The notes beneath the pieces are model-generated. The model made no database searches. It worked only from the letters and a program-made list of their open reading frames with translations, and was not told where the DNA came from. Both the position numbers and the translations under genes were made by a program. Positions 24,393 to 36,380 of a stretch of DNA of 64,000 nt are shown here, in pieces. This stretch comes from Lama guanicoe (Eukaryota). Location: the NCBI GenBank assembly GCA_013239625.1, contig MU053304.1:2294001-2358000 (forward strand), read 5' to 3'. Each line of letters begins with the position of its first letter. The first letter of the stretch is position 1.

Positions 24393-26106
24393 AACTAAAG
24401 TTTCTTTTAGCATCCACACACAGAGAAAGCTTTGCAGGGAAGGAATTTTAGGCAGCTGGTGGAGTGTGTGTTTCTGTATTAGGACTAAGGTCTGAAGTTG
24501 GGGAAGGTAGCATTACTCCCAGCTTGCTTGGTTTTTAACTGAATCTGTTCAGTGGAGGGGAACCTGGCCTTGCTGCAGCGTGGCTCCTGGTACGGTGGGG
24601 GCTCCTTTGACGGAATCAGTGAGAAGCTCCGGGAGCCATTTTTTTCCTTTGGCCCCTGAAGTGAATTGCCACCAGGCCGAGCAGGGTGACTGGACAGAGA
24701 TGGGCGATGCCGAGTTTGATTCAAGCTGCCGGCACTTGAAGCAGGCGGCAGAGGCCCTCCTGTCACAGCAGGGGCCCCATCTGCCAGTTCTGTGAGTGCA
24801 CAAATTCGAGGCATGTTAAGTGACGGTGCCACAGTTTGCTGCTCTTGGCAGGAGACCCGGAGACTGGGACTGCCGTGTCTGCTGGGGAGCAAGGCCGGCA
24901 TCTTGGCTCGGACTTGGGACACTTGCCATTTAACTGAAATCTCCCTCCAGCTTCCTGAAACTCTTCATCGTAGCTGCGTTCAGAAAAGGAAGGCTTCCTT
25001 ATCATCACACGTGCTCTCCAAAGTCTGGTCTCCATCCTTTTGTTTCCTTGTGCAGCCCGTCCAGGCGCGCTGGCGCTCACTGGTCCCCTTCTGAGCCTGT
25101 GCACAAGTTCTCTGAAAAGCACTGAGCATACAAAATAAGACATCACTGCCGAGGGTGGTAACAGAGGCCTGACAAAGAAACCTCGAACTAATAATCGAGA
25201 GAACCACCAAAACAAACAAAAACACCACCCGCCTCTAACCTTTTCTGCCTGCTCCTGGTTTTTTTTTTAAACTAGTAAGGAAAATTAATTTTAAAAATAC
25301 TTTCAATATCAAGTTGAATATATTTCAGGGTTTTTTGGATACTTTTTTTATTTTTTCAGGATCTCAGTCATTCACTTTAGGAACTGAATTATTATTATTG
25401 CTGTTGTTCATTAGCCATTATAAATAGACCAACGTCAAAAAGGAAAAGAAACTCTTCGCATAAATTATGCTGAATTTTAAGAGTTTGAAAACTATAACAT
25501 TATTACGCCATTAAAATGTTGGAGGCTAAGGAGAATTAATTGATTTTTTTTATTCCTTTAATATTTAATGGGCTTGAGCCATGTGCCATATGCTGTTACT
25601 AGGCCACAGGCCTCTGCGTTCTGGGAGTGTGCACTCTAGAATGGGCTGTTGTAATTGGTCACTAGATATTGCTTACACAAGGCGACATGGAGGAACCTTG
25701 CAAGAAGCACAAAGAGAGAGTCCTGGGGACTCGGGAAGAGTGAGGCCACCTGCAGAAGAGAGGTGCCAGGACCCACTTAAGGCACGTCCTCTCTGCTCTG
25801 AGTCCCTGACAGTTCAAGCCGGTGCACCTCCGTGCGAGGCTCCGTTGGCCTGTCCCCTTAGGAAATGACCAGCACACGCTCATCTCGTCTTCCCCCCAAG
25901 GGTGAGTTGGTGTCGAAGGGGAATCGGTCTACCTCCCTTCAGAGACTTCACAACTTCGATTTGTGAAATCACTGCTGTGGAATCCCTGGGTACAGGTGGA
26001 GAGTTGGTGATAATTAGGGAACATTTGGGGGTCTCTCTAAGATAAGGAGATGGGCTCCACAAGGGCAGGGACTGTATCTGTCTTGCCCCATGGCTGTATC
26101 TTCTGT

Positions 26107-26415
26107 GCCAGTGGTGTAGCTCCAGCCTGAGTCCACGTGCAAAGGCAGGAGAAGACAGACCAATGTCCCAGCTTGAAGACAGTCAGCCAGAGAGAGCAAA
26201 TTCTCCCCTAGTCCACTTTTTATTCTGTTCAGGCCTCTGTAGGATGGGGCCCACCTACACTGGGGAGGACCATCAGCTTTACTCAGTCTAAAGATTCAAA
26301 TGTTAATCTCCTCCAGAAATAAGCCCACAGACCAGATCTAGACTACACCCAGAAGAACATCTGACCAGTGTCTGGGAACTCCAGGACCCAGCTGAGCAGA
26401 AAATCAATGGTCACA
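26107..26415. mobile_element. MLT2 (ERVL) LTR fragment
   Basis: ggggcccacctacactggggaggaccatcagctttactcagtctaaagattcaaatgttaatctcctccagaaa...cacccagaa...tcaca. Confidence 0.8.
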
Positions 26416-27339
26416 CCAGCTTCCTGGTAGACCGACGAGGGATGAGCTGTACCAGCACCAGTGCTGTCAGTGATGGAACTTTGAGCTCCCGCGAGTCCAC
26501 GGATTGTTCTTTAGGTATCTGGAGATCTTGTCACATGAAGCATCGCAGCCTTCCTGTGGGGCTAGTGATGGAAGAACGTGAGAACGTGGACGCACACAGA
26601 AGCCACTGGAAGAGCAGAGCGAGTGCAACCAAAAAAGTCAATATGCGAAGACCCGCATATAAGACCCAACGAATTTACAGGGAAAACTTTCATCTTTATA
26701 AAAAGCTACTAAAACAATGAAAATAAGTTCTTTGAAAAAAAAGTGTCATGCTTTCCTGGCCTGACTCTGTGCGTTGCAGTTTTTGTATCTTTGTTTTTGG
26801 TGTATGAGGTCTCCTTGACCTTGCAGAGTCAGTCACCTTGCAAAGAGCCTCAAAAATTATGGACGGGACGTCTTCTTTTTCTGCCTTGGCTGTCCACACA
26901 GACCTCCCTTCTGACGCGGTTCACGTGTCTCCACCATGAGTTGTCAGGCAGCATTTTCTATTGACCTGGGCTGATGGCCTCCGTGGCTTTGTGGTTCTGC
27001 TGAGCAGAGCAGAGCAGAAGGGAGCGATCCGAACCTGTCTGCTGGATGGGGATTGCACCTGTTCATTGCTAGTGCTGCTCCCCTGTGGCTGAAAATCAGA
27101 CTCTCTTGACCACAGAGCAGGTGCTTCTTGAAAAGTGACAGACAACTTCTTCCTTTTCCTTAATCCGTGAAGATTTGAAACCTTTGCTCCAGTGCAAGTA
27201 CACTCTTACTAAAAACAAATGTGCTTACTGAAGTGGTCGTTCATCTCAGAAAGATCTTAGGACGCCCCTTCATTCTTATATATCCTTTTATCTATCTCTA
27301 TCTATCTTTATATACATATATATTTATATATAAGGTTAC

Positions 27340-28545
27340 TCTCTGATAAAATACCAGAATCAGAGAATTAACATTTATACAATACTGTTATGTAATCTAC
27401 AGACCTTATTCATATTAACAATTGTGAGCTAATGTACTCTTTATCCAAAGAAAAATAAATGATGGTCCAGGATCCAATCCAGGATTATGTGACTGGTCTC
27501 TTTAGTGTCCTTTAATCTAGAGCAGATTCCTTTTTTTTTTTTCTGTCCTTTTTTATTTTTAAAGTTTAAACAGTGCCTTCCGTTTGGGTTGGTCCAACAT
27601 TTCCACATGAGCAGGTTCAGGTGATTGGCAGGGAGGTCACAGAAGGAATGCTGCGTCCTTCACAATGCACATTACTTTGTCCCTTGGTTGTGATGGGTTC
27701 TGCTAAATTTCACTCCTGAGAATTGATTACTGTCCATTTGTAATTACTAGGTGTCTTGTGGGGAGGCACCCTGAAGCTATATAAATATACCATCTCTCAG
27801 CAAGCCTGTAGCCCCCAGTTTCAGCATTCACTGATGCTGCCTCTTGCTGGAAACGTCTGTTACTACGGTGGTTGCCAAATTGTGGTTTCCTAATCATCTC
27901 TACCTTGATTAGCTTGTATTCTGTTAGAAGAACTTTTCTTTTCCCACCATTAGTTTATCCCTTTATCTATTTATATCAACATTGACTCATGGGTTCTTAC
28001 TTATTTTTGGGGCTGTAGTCATTACTATCACTACTTATTTTGATGGTCAAGTTGTCCTCAGTCTGCTTAACAGGAGCCCCTTTCAAAGCTGGTGCCCTGT
28101 CCTTTGGATATATTTCTGCCATTCTTTAGTACTTTCTTACTTCCTGACTCAGCATGGTATTGCAGGATCATTTCATCCTTTTCATGTGCCAGCTCCAGAA
28201 TCAACTATTTCTCTAAGGAGGGCTGGCTCTTTTCAGTGAAGAATGATATTTAGAGACCAGGATTTGGGTTTCAGGTGTAGCTTTGCTACTGGCCTGTCAC
28301 TGCTTGCAGTCTGTCAGTGGGCACTGCTGAGAAATAAGTGTGTGTGAATGTAGGCATTTGCACACAAGCATACTCTGTCTCAATGTCAAGGTCTATCACA
28401 TATACAACAATACACAAGAGTGTCTGTTTCTTCACAACATTGCCAGCATAATACGTGCTATACTTTTTAATTTTCACCAGTCTGATAAGTGAGAAAGGCA
28501 TCTCGGTGTCGTTTTAGTTTGCATTTCTCTAATTATGAGTAGATC
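27340..28545 (-). mobile_element. Ancient L1 (L1MC/ME-type) 3' UTR fragments
   Basis: Antisense L1M motifs, e.g. attattttgatggtcaagttgtcc, tgaagaatgatatttagagaccaggat, gttttagtttgcatttctctaattatgagt. Confidence 0.75.
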
Positions 28546-29054
28546 TTTTACATAATAATCAGTCAGGTAAGACCTATTTTAAGGGTTACGTTTCATTTTT
28601 TACAAAATGCGTAAATATTCTAGTTGACCACACATTTTGAAGTACATAACAGATATTTCCATCATACATTTAAATAGTTACAAAAGATTTAATTTACATC
28701 ATATTTTAAATGTGAGTTGACAAGGAGATTAGACCAGGCCATTTCTTTCTTGTTTAGGGTCATCTTCCCTTTCTCCCAAAAAGGGAGAGAATGGATTTCA
28801 GAACTGTTTTTTATATATTGATTTCACACTCTGTCATATTTCCCCTATAATGTAAAAATACTCGACATTTTCAAAAATTATTTTCTGAAATATAATATGA
28901 GTTTAAGTTCAAATATTTCTCTGGTTTGAGTTATCCTTACAATAAGTATGCATGTTCCATTGGTCAGAACAACGTATGTTATAAATTTTGATAAATAATT
29001 ATAAATAGAAAGTAGTAGACAAATTACTCAGTGCAATGGATGAGATGACATTTT

Positions 29055-29735
29055 TAAGTGAAATTTTTATTGAGAGAATTGATTCACATTAAATTGTAAG
29101 AAATGGTCCAGAGAAGTCCCATATACATTTTACCTAATATTCTCCAATGATCACACTTTGCAAAACTATAATATAACATCACATTCATAGAATCCAGCAA
29201 TTATTCAGGTTTTCCCAGTTTTCCTTGTACTAGTTTGTGTGTATTTGTGTATTTAGTCCTAGACAGTTTTTGCACTTGTGTAGATTCATTATCCTTCCCT
29301 GCAGTCAAGATAATGAACAAATCCCTCACAACAGTAACCACTCGTGTTTCCCTCTTATAACCACATCCCCCTTCTCCCGCCACTCACCTCCATCTCTAAC
29401 CCCTGACAACCACTAGTCTGTTCTCTGTTTCCCAAATTTTGTCATTTCAGAAATGATATATAAATGGAATCATACAGTATGGAATCTTTTGGGATTGTTG
29501 TTTTTTCACTCAGCAGAATTCCCTGGTGATTCAACCAAGTTGTTCCATGTATCAATAGTTCATTCTTTTTTCTCACTGAGTAGTATTCCATGGAATGGAT
29601 GTACCACAGTTTATTAACCTTTCACCTGCTGAAAGGCATCTGGACTGGTTCTGGTTTTTGGTTATTACAAATAAACCTACTCTGAACATTCATGTAAAGA
29701 CTTTTGTTTGAACATAGGTCTTCACTTTTCTGGAA
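29055..29735 (-). mobile_element. L1 (L1MC-like) 3' end
   Basis: ctaacccctgacaaccactagtctgttctc...atataaatggaatcatacagtatg...ttcactcagca...tgagtagtattccatggaatggatgtaccacagttt. Confidence 0.88.
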
Positions 29736-30135
29736 TACTTTGTAATTCCATATTTAGTTAATCTCTAACCCCTGACAACCACTAGTCTGTTCTCTATTTC
29801 CCAAATTTTGTCATTTCAGAAATGATATATAAATGGAATCATACAGTATGGAATCTTTTGGAATAATTGTTGTTGTTTTTTCACTCAGCAGAATTCCCTG
29901 GTGATTCAACCAAGTCGTTCCATGTATCAATAGTTCATTCTTTTTTCTCACTGAGTAGTATTCCAAGGAATGGATGTACCACAGTTTATTAACCTTTCAC
30001 CTGCTGAAAGGCATCTGGACTGGTTCTGGTTTTTGGTTATTACAAATAAACCTACTCTGAACATTCATGTAAAGACTTTTGTTTGAACATAGGTCTTCAC
30101 TTTTCTGGAATACTTTGTAATTCCATATTTAGTTA
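29392..30135 (+). repeat. Head-to-tail tandem duplication, 369 bp and 375 bp copies
   Basis: 29392-29760 and 29761-30135 are near identical, from atctctaacccctgac to ccatatttagtta. Confidence 0.97.
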
Positions 30136-31262
30136 GCCTTGGAGTACCTGTCTTGTTTCAAACCTCCAATGGTTTTCTATTAAGAGCTCTAGACTTGTAG
30201 TCAGTAGATTGGTGTGTTTATTTCATTACCTTCAATTGAATGCTGTCTCAACATTATTCTTTCTAAATGTTCGGGGCCTTTTCTGGTCCATTCCTAACAA
30301 GTTGTGTGCTAAAGAAAATGAATTGATAAAGCACTACAAGAACAGAAATTGGTGACATTTTTTACCTGCCACCAGTATTTGTCCCTTTGATCCATTTGTC
30401 AGGATAACTGTCAAGCAGCGTGCTTGATACTGATTTATCATTTTGAGAATTTCTCATTGTGAACATTTTAGGGCCTAGAGAGCTCTCCTGAATTTTGCTC
30501 CCTTTCTGATATATTCCACTGATTAGAAAGCAGAAGGGGAGACATCAGACTTGTCACAAAATAAGTTTTTCTTGTGCCACTGAGTGGAACAGTGGTTTGA
30601 CCATCCTTGGGCCAGCTCACCAGAAGGAAGCAGATGAGGGAATGTATGTTTTAATGTGGTGTCATTTTTATTAAGTGACTTTGTCTTCCAAAGCACACTT
30701 CAGTGCCTTCTAGATAAATTGCTTCTGTCTTTGACAGTGACAATGACAATATTTCCAAGCTTCACACATCCAAGAGCCAATTGACAGGACAAATTGCACA
30801 TGGGGACTGCTTGATAAATGCAAGATGGGACACAGCCTCTCAGATCACTCTGCATCATTGGAACTAAGTTGTAATATGAATAACAGAAGTAAATCTGTCA
30901 CTTAAATACCTAATTGTGAGGCATGCTATATTTAACAGCTGAAGCCATGTTCATCTCTTTGTTTGAGTGCAAAAATAGCACATAATTTTTCCTTGATGTT
31001 GGGTCTTAGAAAATTTGCTTTTTTTCAATGATATACATTTATATAATAAAAAGGAAGCTATCTCTCCTAGTAAAAATTTCATTAATGTTTTTATAGTTTT
31101 TATCAACATAGCCCATGTGAATACTTGGGAACAAGTGCTAAACAATAAAAAAAAATATTCCCAGTATACATAACCTTAGGAAAATTACTGAAATAAATAA
31201 ATAAATAAATAAGTGGCACTAAGCAAAGGCATATGTATACACGTGCTCAGGGGACAAGATTA

Positions 31263-31450
31263 CACTGTATAGCACAGGGAAATATACACAAAATGTTATG
31301 ATAAATCACAGAGAAAAAAATGTGACAATGAGTGTGTATATGTCCATGAATGACTGAAAAATTGTGCTGAACACTGGAATTTGACACAACACTGTAAAAT
31401 GATTATGAATCAATAAAAAATGTTAAAAAAAAAGAAAAAAAAAAAGAAAA
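31263..31450 (+). mobile_element. Young lineage-specific L1 3' end with long poly(A)
   Basis: ctgtatagcacagggaaatatacacaaaatg...ttgacacaacactgtaaaatgattatgaatcaataaaaaatgttaaaaaaaaagaaaaaaaaaaag. Confidence 0.85.
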
Positions 31451-32079
31451 TCTCCATTCTACTGCCAGCATTATTACTACTACTGAAGAAAAGATTAAGA
31501 GTAAGTCTGTAAGCCTTTGTGGGTTGTCACCTTCCCCTTTATAAAGTGTACTGTTAAAGTCAGAGGCAGGCGTACCCTACAGCCAGGCTCACCCCCCTGC
31601 CCCTTGGTTAGCCGACCACACCTGGCCAAACAGATACAAAGCAAAAGACTTTGGAGGATGGCCTCGTGGGGAATGGGAACAGTTCCTCCTTATCCCTGTC
31701 CGGCCACAAGACAGCTGGGTCGACTCCTGCCCTGATGAGGGTGAGGTAGATCTGCCCAAAAAATAGGCACCGGAATGGTCCCCAGGGCTTACTCTGGAGA
31801 AGAAACCCTAGTATCTATCCAGACATCAGGGCAAATGTAGGGTATCTGACAGCATTCTAGCTGCCAGCTCATCTTGTTTGGGAGACAAAGTCAGCCTTGT
31901 ATCTTGTACATCTGTGTCTTCCTAGCCTCCCATAAGGTTCCCCTCTGGCCGGGGACTCTTCCAAAGCCATTGGCCTACCTAGTCTTCTACCTATGGGGGT
32001 GTTTTTGGTCTCAGACCCTTTTTGAACCCAAGAGAAGTTTTCAGATCCATCAAAAGCGCTCCCAGAAGCATAATGTTCG

Positions 32080-32252
32080 TCTCCCTAAGGCCAGCCTTGC
32101 CTACATAACACAACATTCTGTAAACTCATTCGTAAGCATCTTCCGCATCATTGGAATGTAGGCCCCCAAGAGGGCAAAGACATTTATTGATGTTGTTCAC
32201 TAATATACCTGGCTCTTAGTAGGTTCTCAGTGAACATTTATCAAATGAATGT
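32080..32252 (+). mobile_element. L2 3' end
   Basis: ggaatgtaggcccccaagaggggcaaagac...cctggctcttagtaggttctcagtgaacatttatcaaatgaatg. Confidence 0.7.
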
Positions 32253-35200
32253 ACAGCTAAAGAAATTTAATTTTCAAGCCCAAATCTTATATCATCACTT
32301 CCATTTTTTCTCACAACATCCTAGATTTCACTGTGAACAACATTTATCCTTTAACATCTTCTTCATGGCTTAAAGCATGTTATACCAGTTCAAGGTCATG
32401 GTTAGCATTACCGTTGTCTGCATTGTGGATTGTTAGGTCACTGGCACGTTGGATCCATCCCCACTCTTCAAAGTGCCTAGTGGCTTCTAACTCCTCTGTG
32501 ACCAGCAAGGAAGGACGAAATTCAAGCTGGGATCATAAATCTCAGGATTTTGTCCTTTTCCCTTTCTCTGAACATGCAGGTGAGAGTTAATGTGAGAAAA
32601 GAAGAGCTTGACTGGTATTTGGCTCTTGGGGAAGAGTGGCTCTTCTTTTTCTCATCTCTGCCTTGTAACCCAAAGGCTATGAGGATGCCCAGTTAAGTTT
32701 TCTCCATCCTGTGTTCATATCAAGTTATTTTATGTCAGCTGGGGGAAGGAAGTCTCCTGCAGACGATGAAAGAACAGCAAGAACTTTTATACCCTGAGTA
32801 AGGCCTTTGGAGAATCTTTGTTCTTGACGTGTCATCCTGGAGAAAGCCTGTAGTAACCTGAACCAAAGCTGGGCTTCTCAAGTTGGGAGGCGGGGTTTAC
32901 CCGGCCTGGAAAGTTGAAGGCCCCCAGGAGACCAGATGCTTGGGTTCTCACATGATCATCCGTTCCATTTCCCATCTTCATTAAGGGACCCTCATCATTA
33001 CCCTTTCCCATCCCGCTGTCTGGTCTAAGCTGAGATGAATCAGGTCCTAAATAAGGGTTTTTCAGGTCAGAATGAAAAATGGACTGGCTACTGAGAGGAA
33101 GGAACGGAATGGTGCCGGCTCTTCCAGAAGGAGGCATGCTGGGCAGCCAGGGTTTGTTTTGCCGCAGATGAGGAGGGAGTGGTGATTCATGAATGGAGAG
33201 CTGGCTGGGGTGTCGGAAAACTCATGGATGGGAAGGAGAGATTCTGAGGACACCAGTCTCTCCTGATCTGACACCATTAATGCTGCAGACACTCTCATGG
33301 GCCCCTTGGCTCCGTGGACTCTGTGTTTTTTCATGCGCCGTGATTCTTCTCCAATACCTACTTCAGCTAGGGTCAGGCAAACTCATTCATGCACAGTGCA
33401 GACGTCTGTGTCTGGGCATCCGTGTATGCCATTGAATGACACAGAGGGAAAAACTTTTCATTTTTTGGTCTGTTTGTTTATTTCTCTCAGAATGATTCAT
33501 TCCTCGTCTGTTTCTTGCCCAATGCCTGTTTCTGCAAGCGTGGCCAAGATGCCAGTATCTACTGCCTATTTCCAGCTGGTTGTAACTCCTCCTAAAGAAG
33601 CTTCTTGTCATCGTCCAAGTCCCTTTGTTCCAGCACCTTAGGAGGTGACATCTTGAAAAAAATCTATCTACCGTTTTGGACATTTAGTGAATAATTTTGT
33701 GACTCTGTGTTTCTCGTCTGCCCTGCGGCTCTGGGAGATGGCAGGTATTAAGGATGAGGCTCAGAAGGGACTTATTCATGTAGGAAACATTCACCTCTTT
33801 CATAGACAGGGCGGATAACGGTCCTCATTCACAGGCGCTGTATCCGTGCAGTCGTGGAACCCCCCGGGTCAGCCTTGCACACTGAGTCCTGTGTTCTTAC
33901 TCACATGGAGGAAGTGCCCACAGAGGGCCGTGAGAGCAAATTTCCCACATGAGGAAGACTGACACGAAGGGGTCTCTCTCTGTAAATAGATTCAGAGTAA
34001 ATCTCTGAAAGAGTATTGACATCAAAGGACGCGTGGATAATGAGACATGTGTGCTCGTGGCCCCATATCCATAGGGGGCATGCCTGAGTGCATGGCATAA
34101 CTGAATCTTGGGCACTCTGAGACAATTGGAAAATAAAGGTTTTACTGTTGCCCTTGAAAAGCAAAGCCATCAGGCACATCTCTATTGAACTACGCATGCA
34201 AAAATAAAGAGAGAAATCCACTTTTTTTCAAGCCTAAATTTTTTTTTTCAGTAACTTAGAGTCAACGATGTGGGTGAATGCCACACTCTGGAGACCTTAC
34301 TGGGGGAATCAGGACATGCGAGGCAGGCAGTACATAACTGACTTACTGGGGGGAGTTGCACAGAGTCAGGGTTCCAGAGCTCAGGCCAGTAGTGATGGTA
34401 TCAGGGCTGATTTTAAAGGCTCATTCGGAGAGGAGACGGCGTTGATACATCACTTCGTCATTTTGCATTCCATCCTCAAGGACACTCTATTTAGAGAATT
34501 CTTTTGATTCCACGTCCAGGGAAACTACTCAGGTCATTTTCCCCCTGTATCTCTTTAAGAAAGGCCAACTTGCTAACGTGATTTTTTTGTATTAATGTAA
34601 TCTTGTGGGATATCAGACCGTGTTCTCAACTCCCCAAAGGTAACAAAACAAAGTTTCATTGACTTCCCAAGGTTCACCCGTGGCGTGAGTCAGTCTCTCC
34701 GACCCATGTTTTGTGTTGCCCAGGTCTTACGGGGACCAGAGAGTGGTTCTTTACTGGAACAGTTAAGGAAGGTTTGGGCAGGGTTTTTATCAAAGAGAAA
34801 GCTTGCATTGCCAAGGACGGAGGTGAGCAGGGCCCAGTAATCAAGTAGCAGGACTGGAGCTGTTACCACCAGAGAATCGGCTGTTTTCTCGCATTTCAGA
34901 TGCATGTTTGTGAATTCTGTGCTCAGCAAAGGGGCTTATCTGTCCATCACAGCCTTCGTGGCCTCCACTGCAAATCCCAGTAGAAGGCAGACGTTAAGCT
35001 GCGTTGCTCGGGCGAACAGCCGGTGTGATCGCTGGCCCTTGTCTGCATCGCAGTTGAGAGTCGTCATCACATAATCCACTCTCAGCCGTCCTCCATCTGC
35101 AGGCTTAGTGATGCTTTGCAAGATGAAGCTAATGGAATATTCAGGATTAGTCCTGGGAGAACATGTTTATGCCTCTCTTTTTACAGCAGACTTGTGGCAG

Positions 35201-35869
35201 GATGCCAAAAGCCTGCAGTTCTTTGGATGAAAAGTTTTATTTTCTTTGATTTCATTGTAAATAGATTATACTTTTTTTTTGAGTTTTAGAAAACAGATAA
35301 TAGATGTGTTAGGCACTGATGCTATACACAATGTGTCTTTATGTCAAGTAGATAAATACATGACCTTATTTTTTGTGTTCCATTTTACCTGAGAAATTTA
35401 GGCTTTTGAATCTTACTTTCTGCAGTTATAAAACAAGAATGAATTCTGAAGACATGCCTGATCCAATACTGACATGGAAAAGAGTGTCATTACAAAAGCG
35501 CCAGACAACACAATGCTGATGTTTCTTTGGGAGGACCCACTGCATCTAGGGTGTTCATACAAATATAAAATTTCTCTTATAGTCCAAAGATGGGGCAAAT
35601 GAATAAATGGCTGAAAAGTGAAACTAAATGGAAATAGTTCTCATCAGATAGCAAAATGGTGTAGGAATTCAATCGGTGTCTTTTAAAATCTAACTCTATT
35701 ACAGACATTTCAGTACCTTTGCCAAGTGGTCAACTTGTTAGGAAAAGTATAAATTCTAAAGACGGTCATTCTTCTAGGAAGAAGAAAAATGCCTCTCCAT
35801 CCTTCCGGGGTGACCCTGTGACTGTTTGAGAACAGGAATGAACAACTAGAACCAAGAGCCTACTATTGA

Positions 35870-35903
35870 CCTCTCTGATTTTCTTCTTTTCTTCCTTCTG
35901 CAG
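35870..35903 (+). promoter_or_regulatory. PID1: 3' splice acceptor (branch-like ctgat, polypyrimidine tract, CAG) of the PID1 last exon
   Basis: ctctctgattttcttcttttcttccttctgcag directly precedes the in-frame VTYLGK sequence. Confidence 0.93.
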
Positions 35904-36380
35904 GTTACCTATCTGGGTAAAGTCCCCACCACAGGCATGCAGTTTTTGTCAGGCTGCACAGAAAAGCCAGTCATTGAGCTCTGGAAGAAGCACACACTAG
36001 CCCGAGAAGATGTCTTTCCAGCCAATGCCCTCCTGGAAATCCGGCCATTCCAAGTGTGGCTCCATCACCTCGACCACAAAGGTGAGGCCACGGTGCACAT
36101 GGATACCTTCCAGGTGGCCCGCATTGCCTACTGCACTGCCGACCACAATGTGAGCCCCAACATCTTCGCCTGGGTTTACAGGGAGATCAATGACGACCTG
36201 TCCTATCAGATGGACTGCCACGCTGTTGAGTGCGAGAGCAAGCTGGAGGCCAAGAAGCTGGCCCACGCCATGATGGAGGCCTTCAAGAAGACTTTCCACA
36301 GTATGAAGAGCGACGGCCGGATCCACAGGAACAGCTCCTCTGAAGAGGTGTCCCAGGAATTGGAATCCGATGATGGCTGA
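35904..36380 (+). CDS. PID1: Terminal coding exon of phosphotyrosine interaction domain-containing protein 1 (PTB/PID domain), phase 0, 158 aa + TGA
   Basis: Pyrimidine tract and acceptor ttcttcttttcttccttctgcag|GTT. Translation VTYLGKVPTTGMQFLSGCTEKPVIELWKKHTLAREDVFPANALLEIRPFQVWLHHLDHKGEATVHMDTFQVARIAYCTADHNVSPNIFAWVYREINDDLSYQMDCHAVECESKLEAKKLAHAMMEAFKKTFHSMKSDGRIHRNSSSEEVSQELESDDG* matches the mammalian PID1 C-terminus as I recall it. PTB hallmarks (YLG..; IAYC; FAWVY; CHA.EC) and GC3-rich codon usage are present. Confidence 0.97.
   Translation, partial: VTYLGKVPTTGMQFLSGCTEKPVIELWKKHTLAREDVFPANALLEIRPFQVWLHHLDHKGEATVHMDTFQVARIAYCTADHNVSPNIFAWVYREINDDLSYQMDCHAVECESKLEAKKLAHAMMEAFKKTFHSMKSDGRIHRNSSSEEVSQELESDDG

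Larger units (their letters stand above)
1..35903 (+). other. PID1: Distal part of the long last intron of PID1
   Basis: No upstream PID1 coding exon was recognised in the window. The region is repeat-rich and non-coding and ends in a canonical 3' splice site at 35903. Confidence 0.85.
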
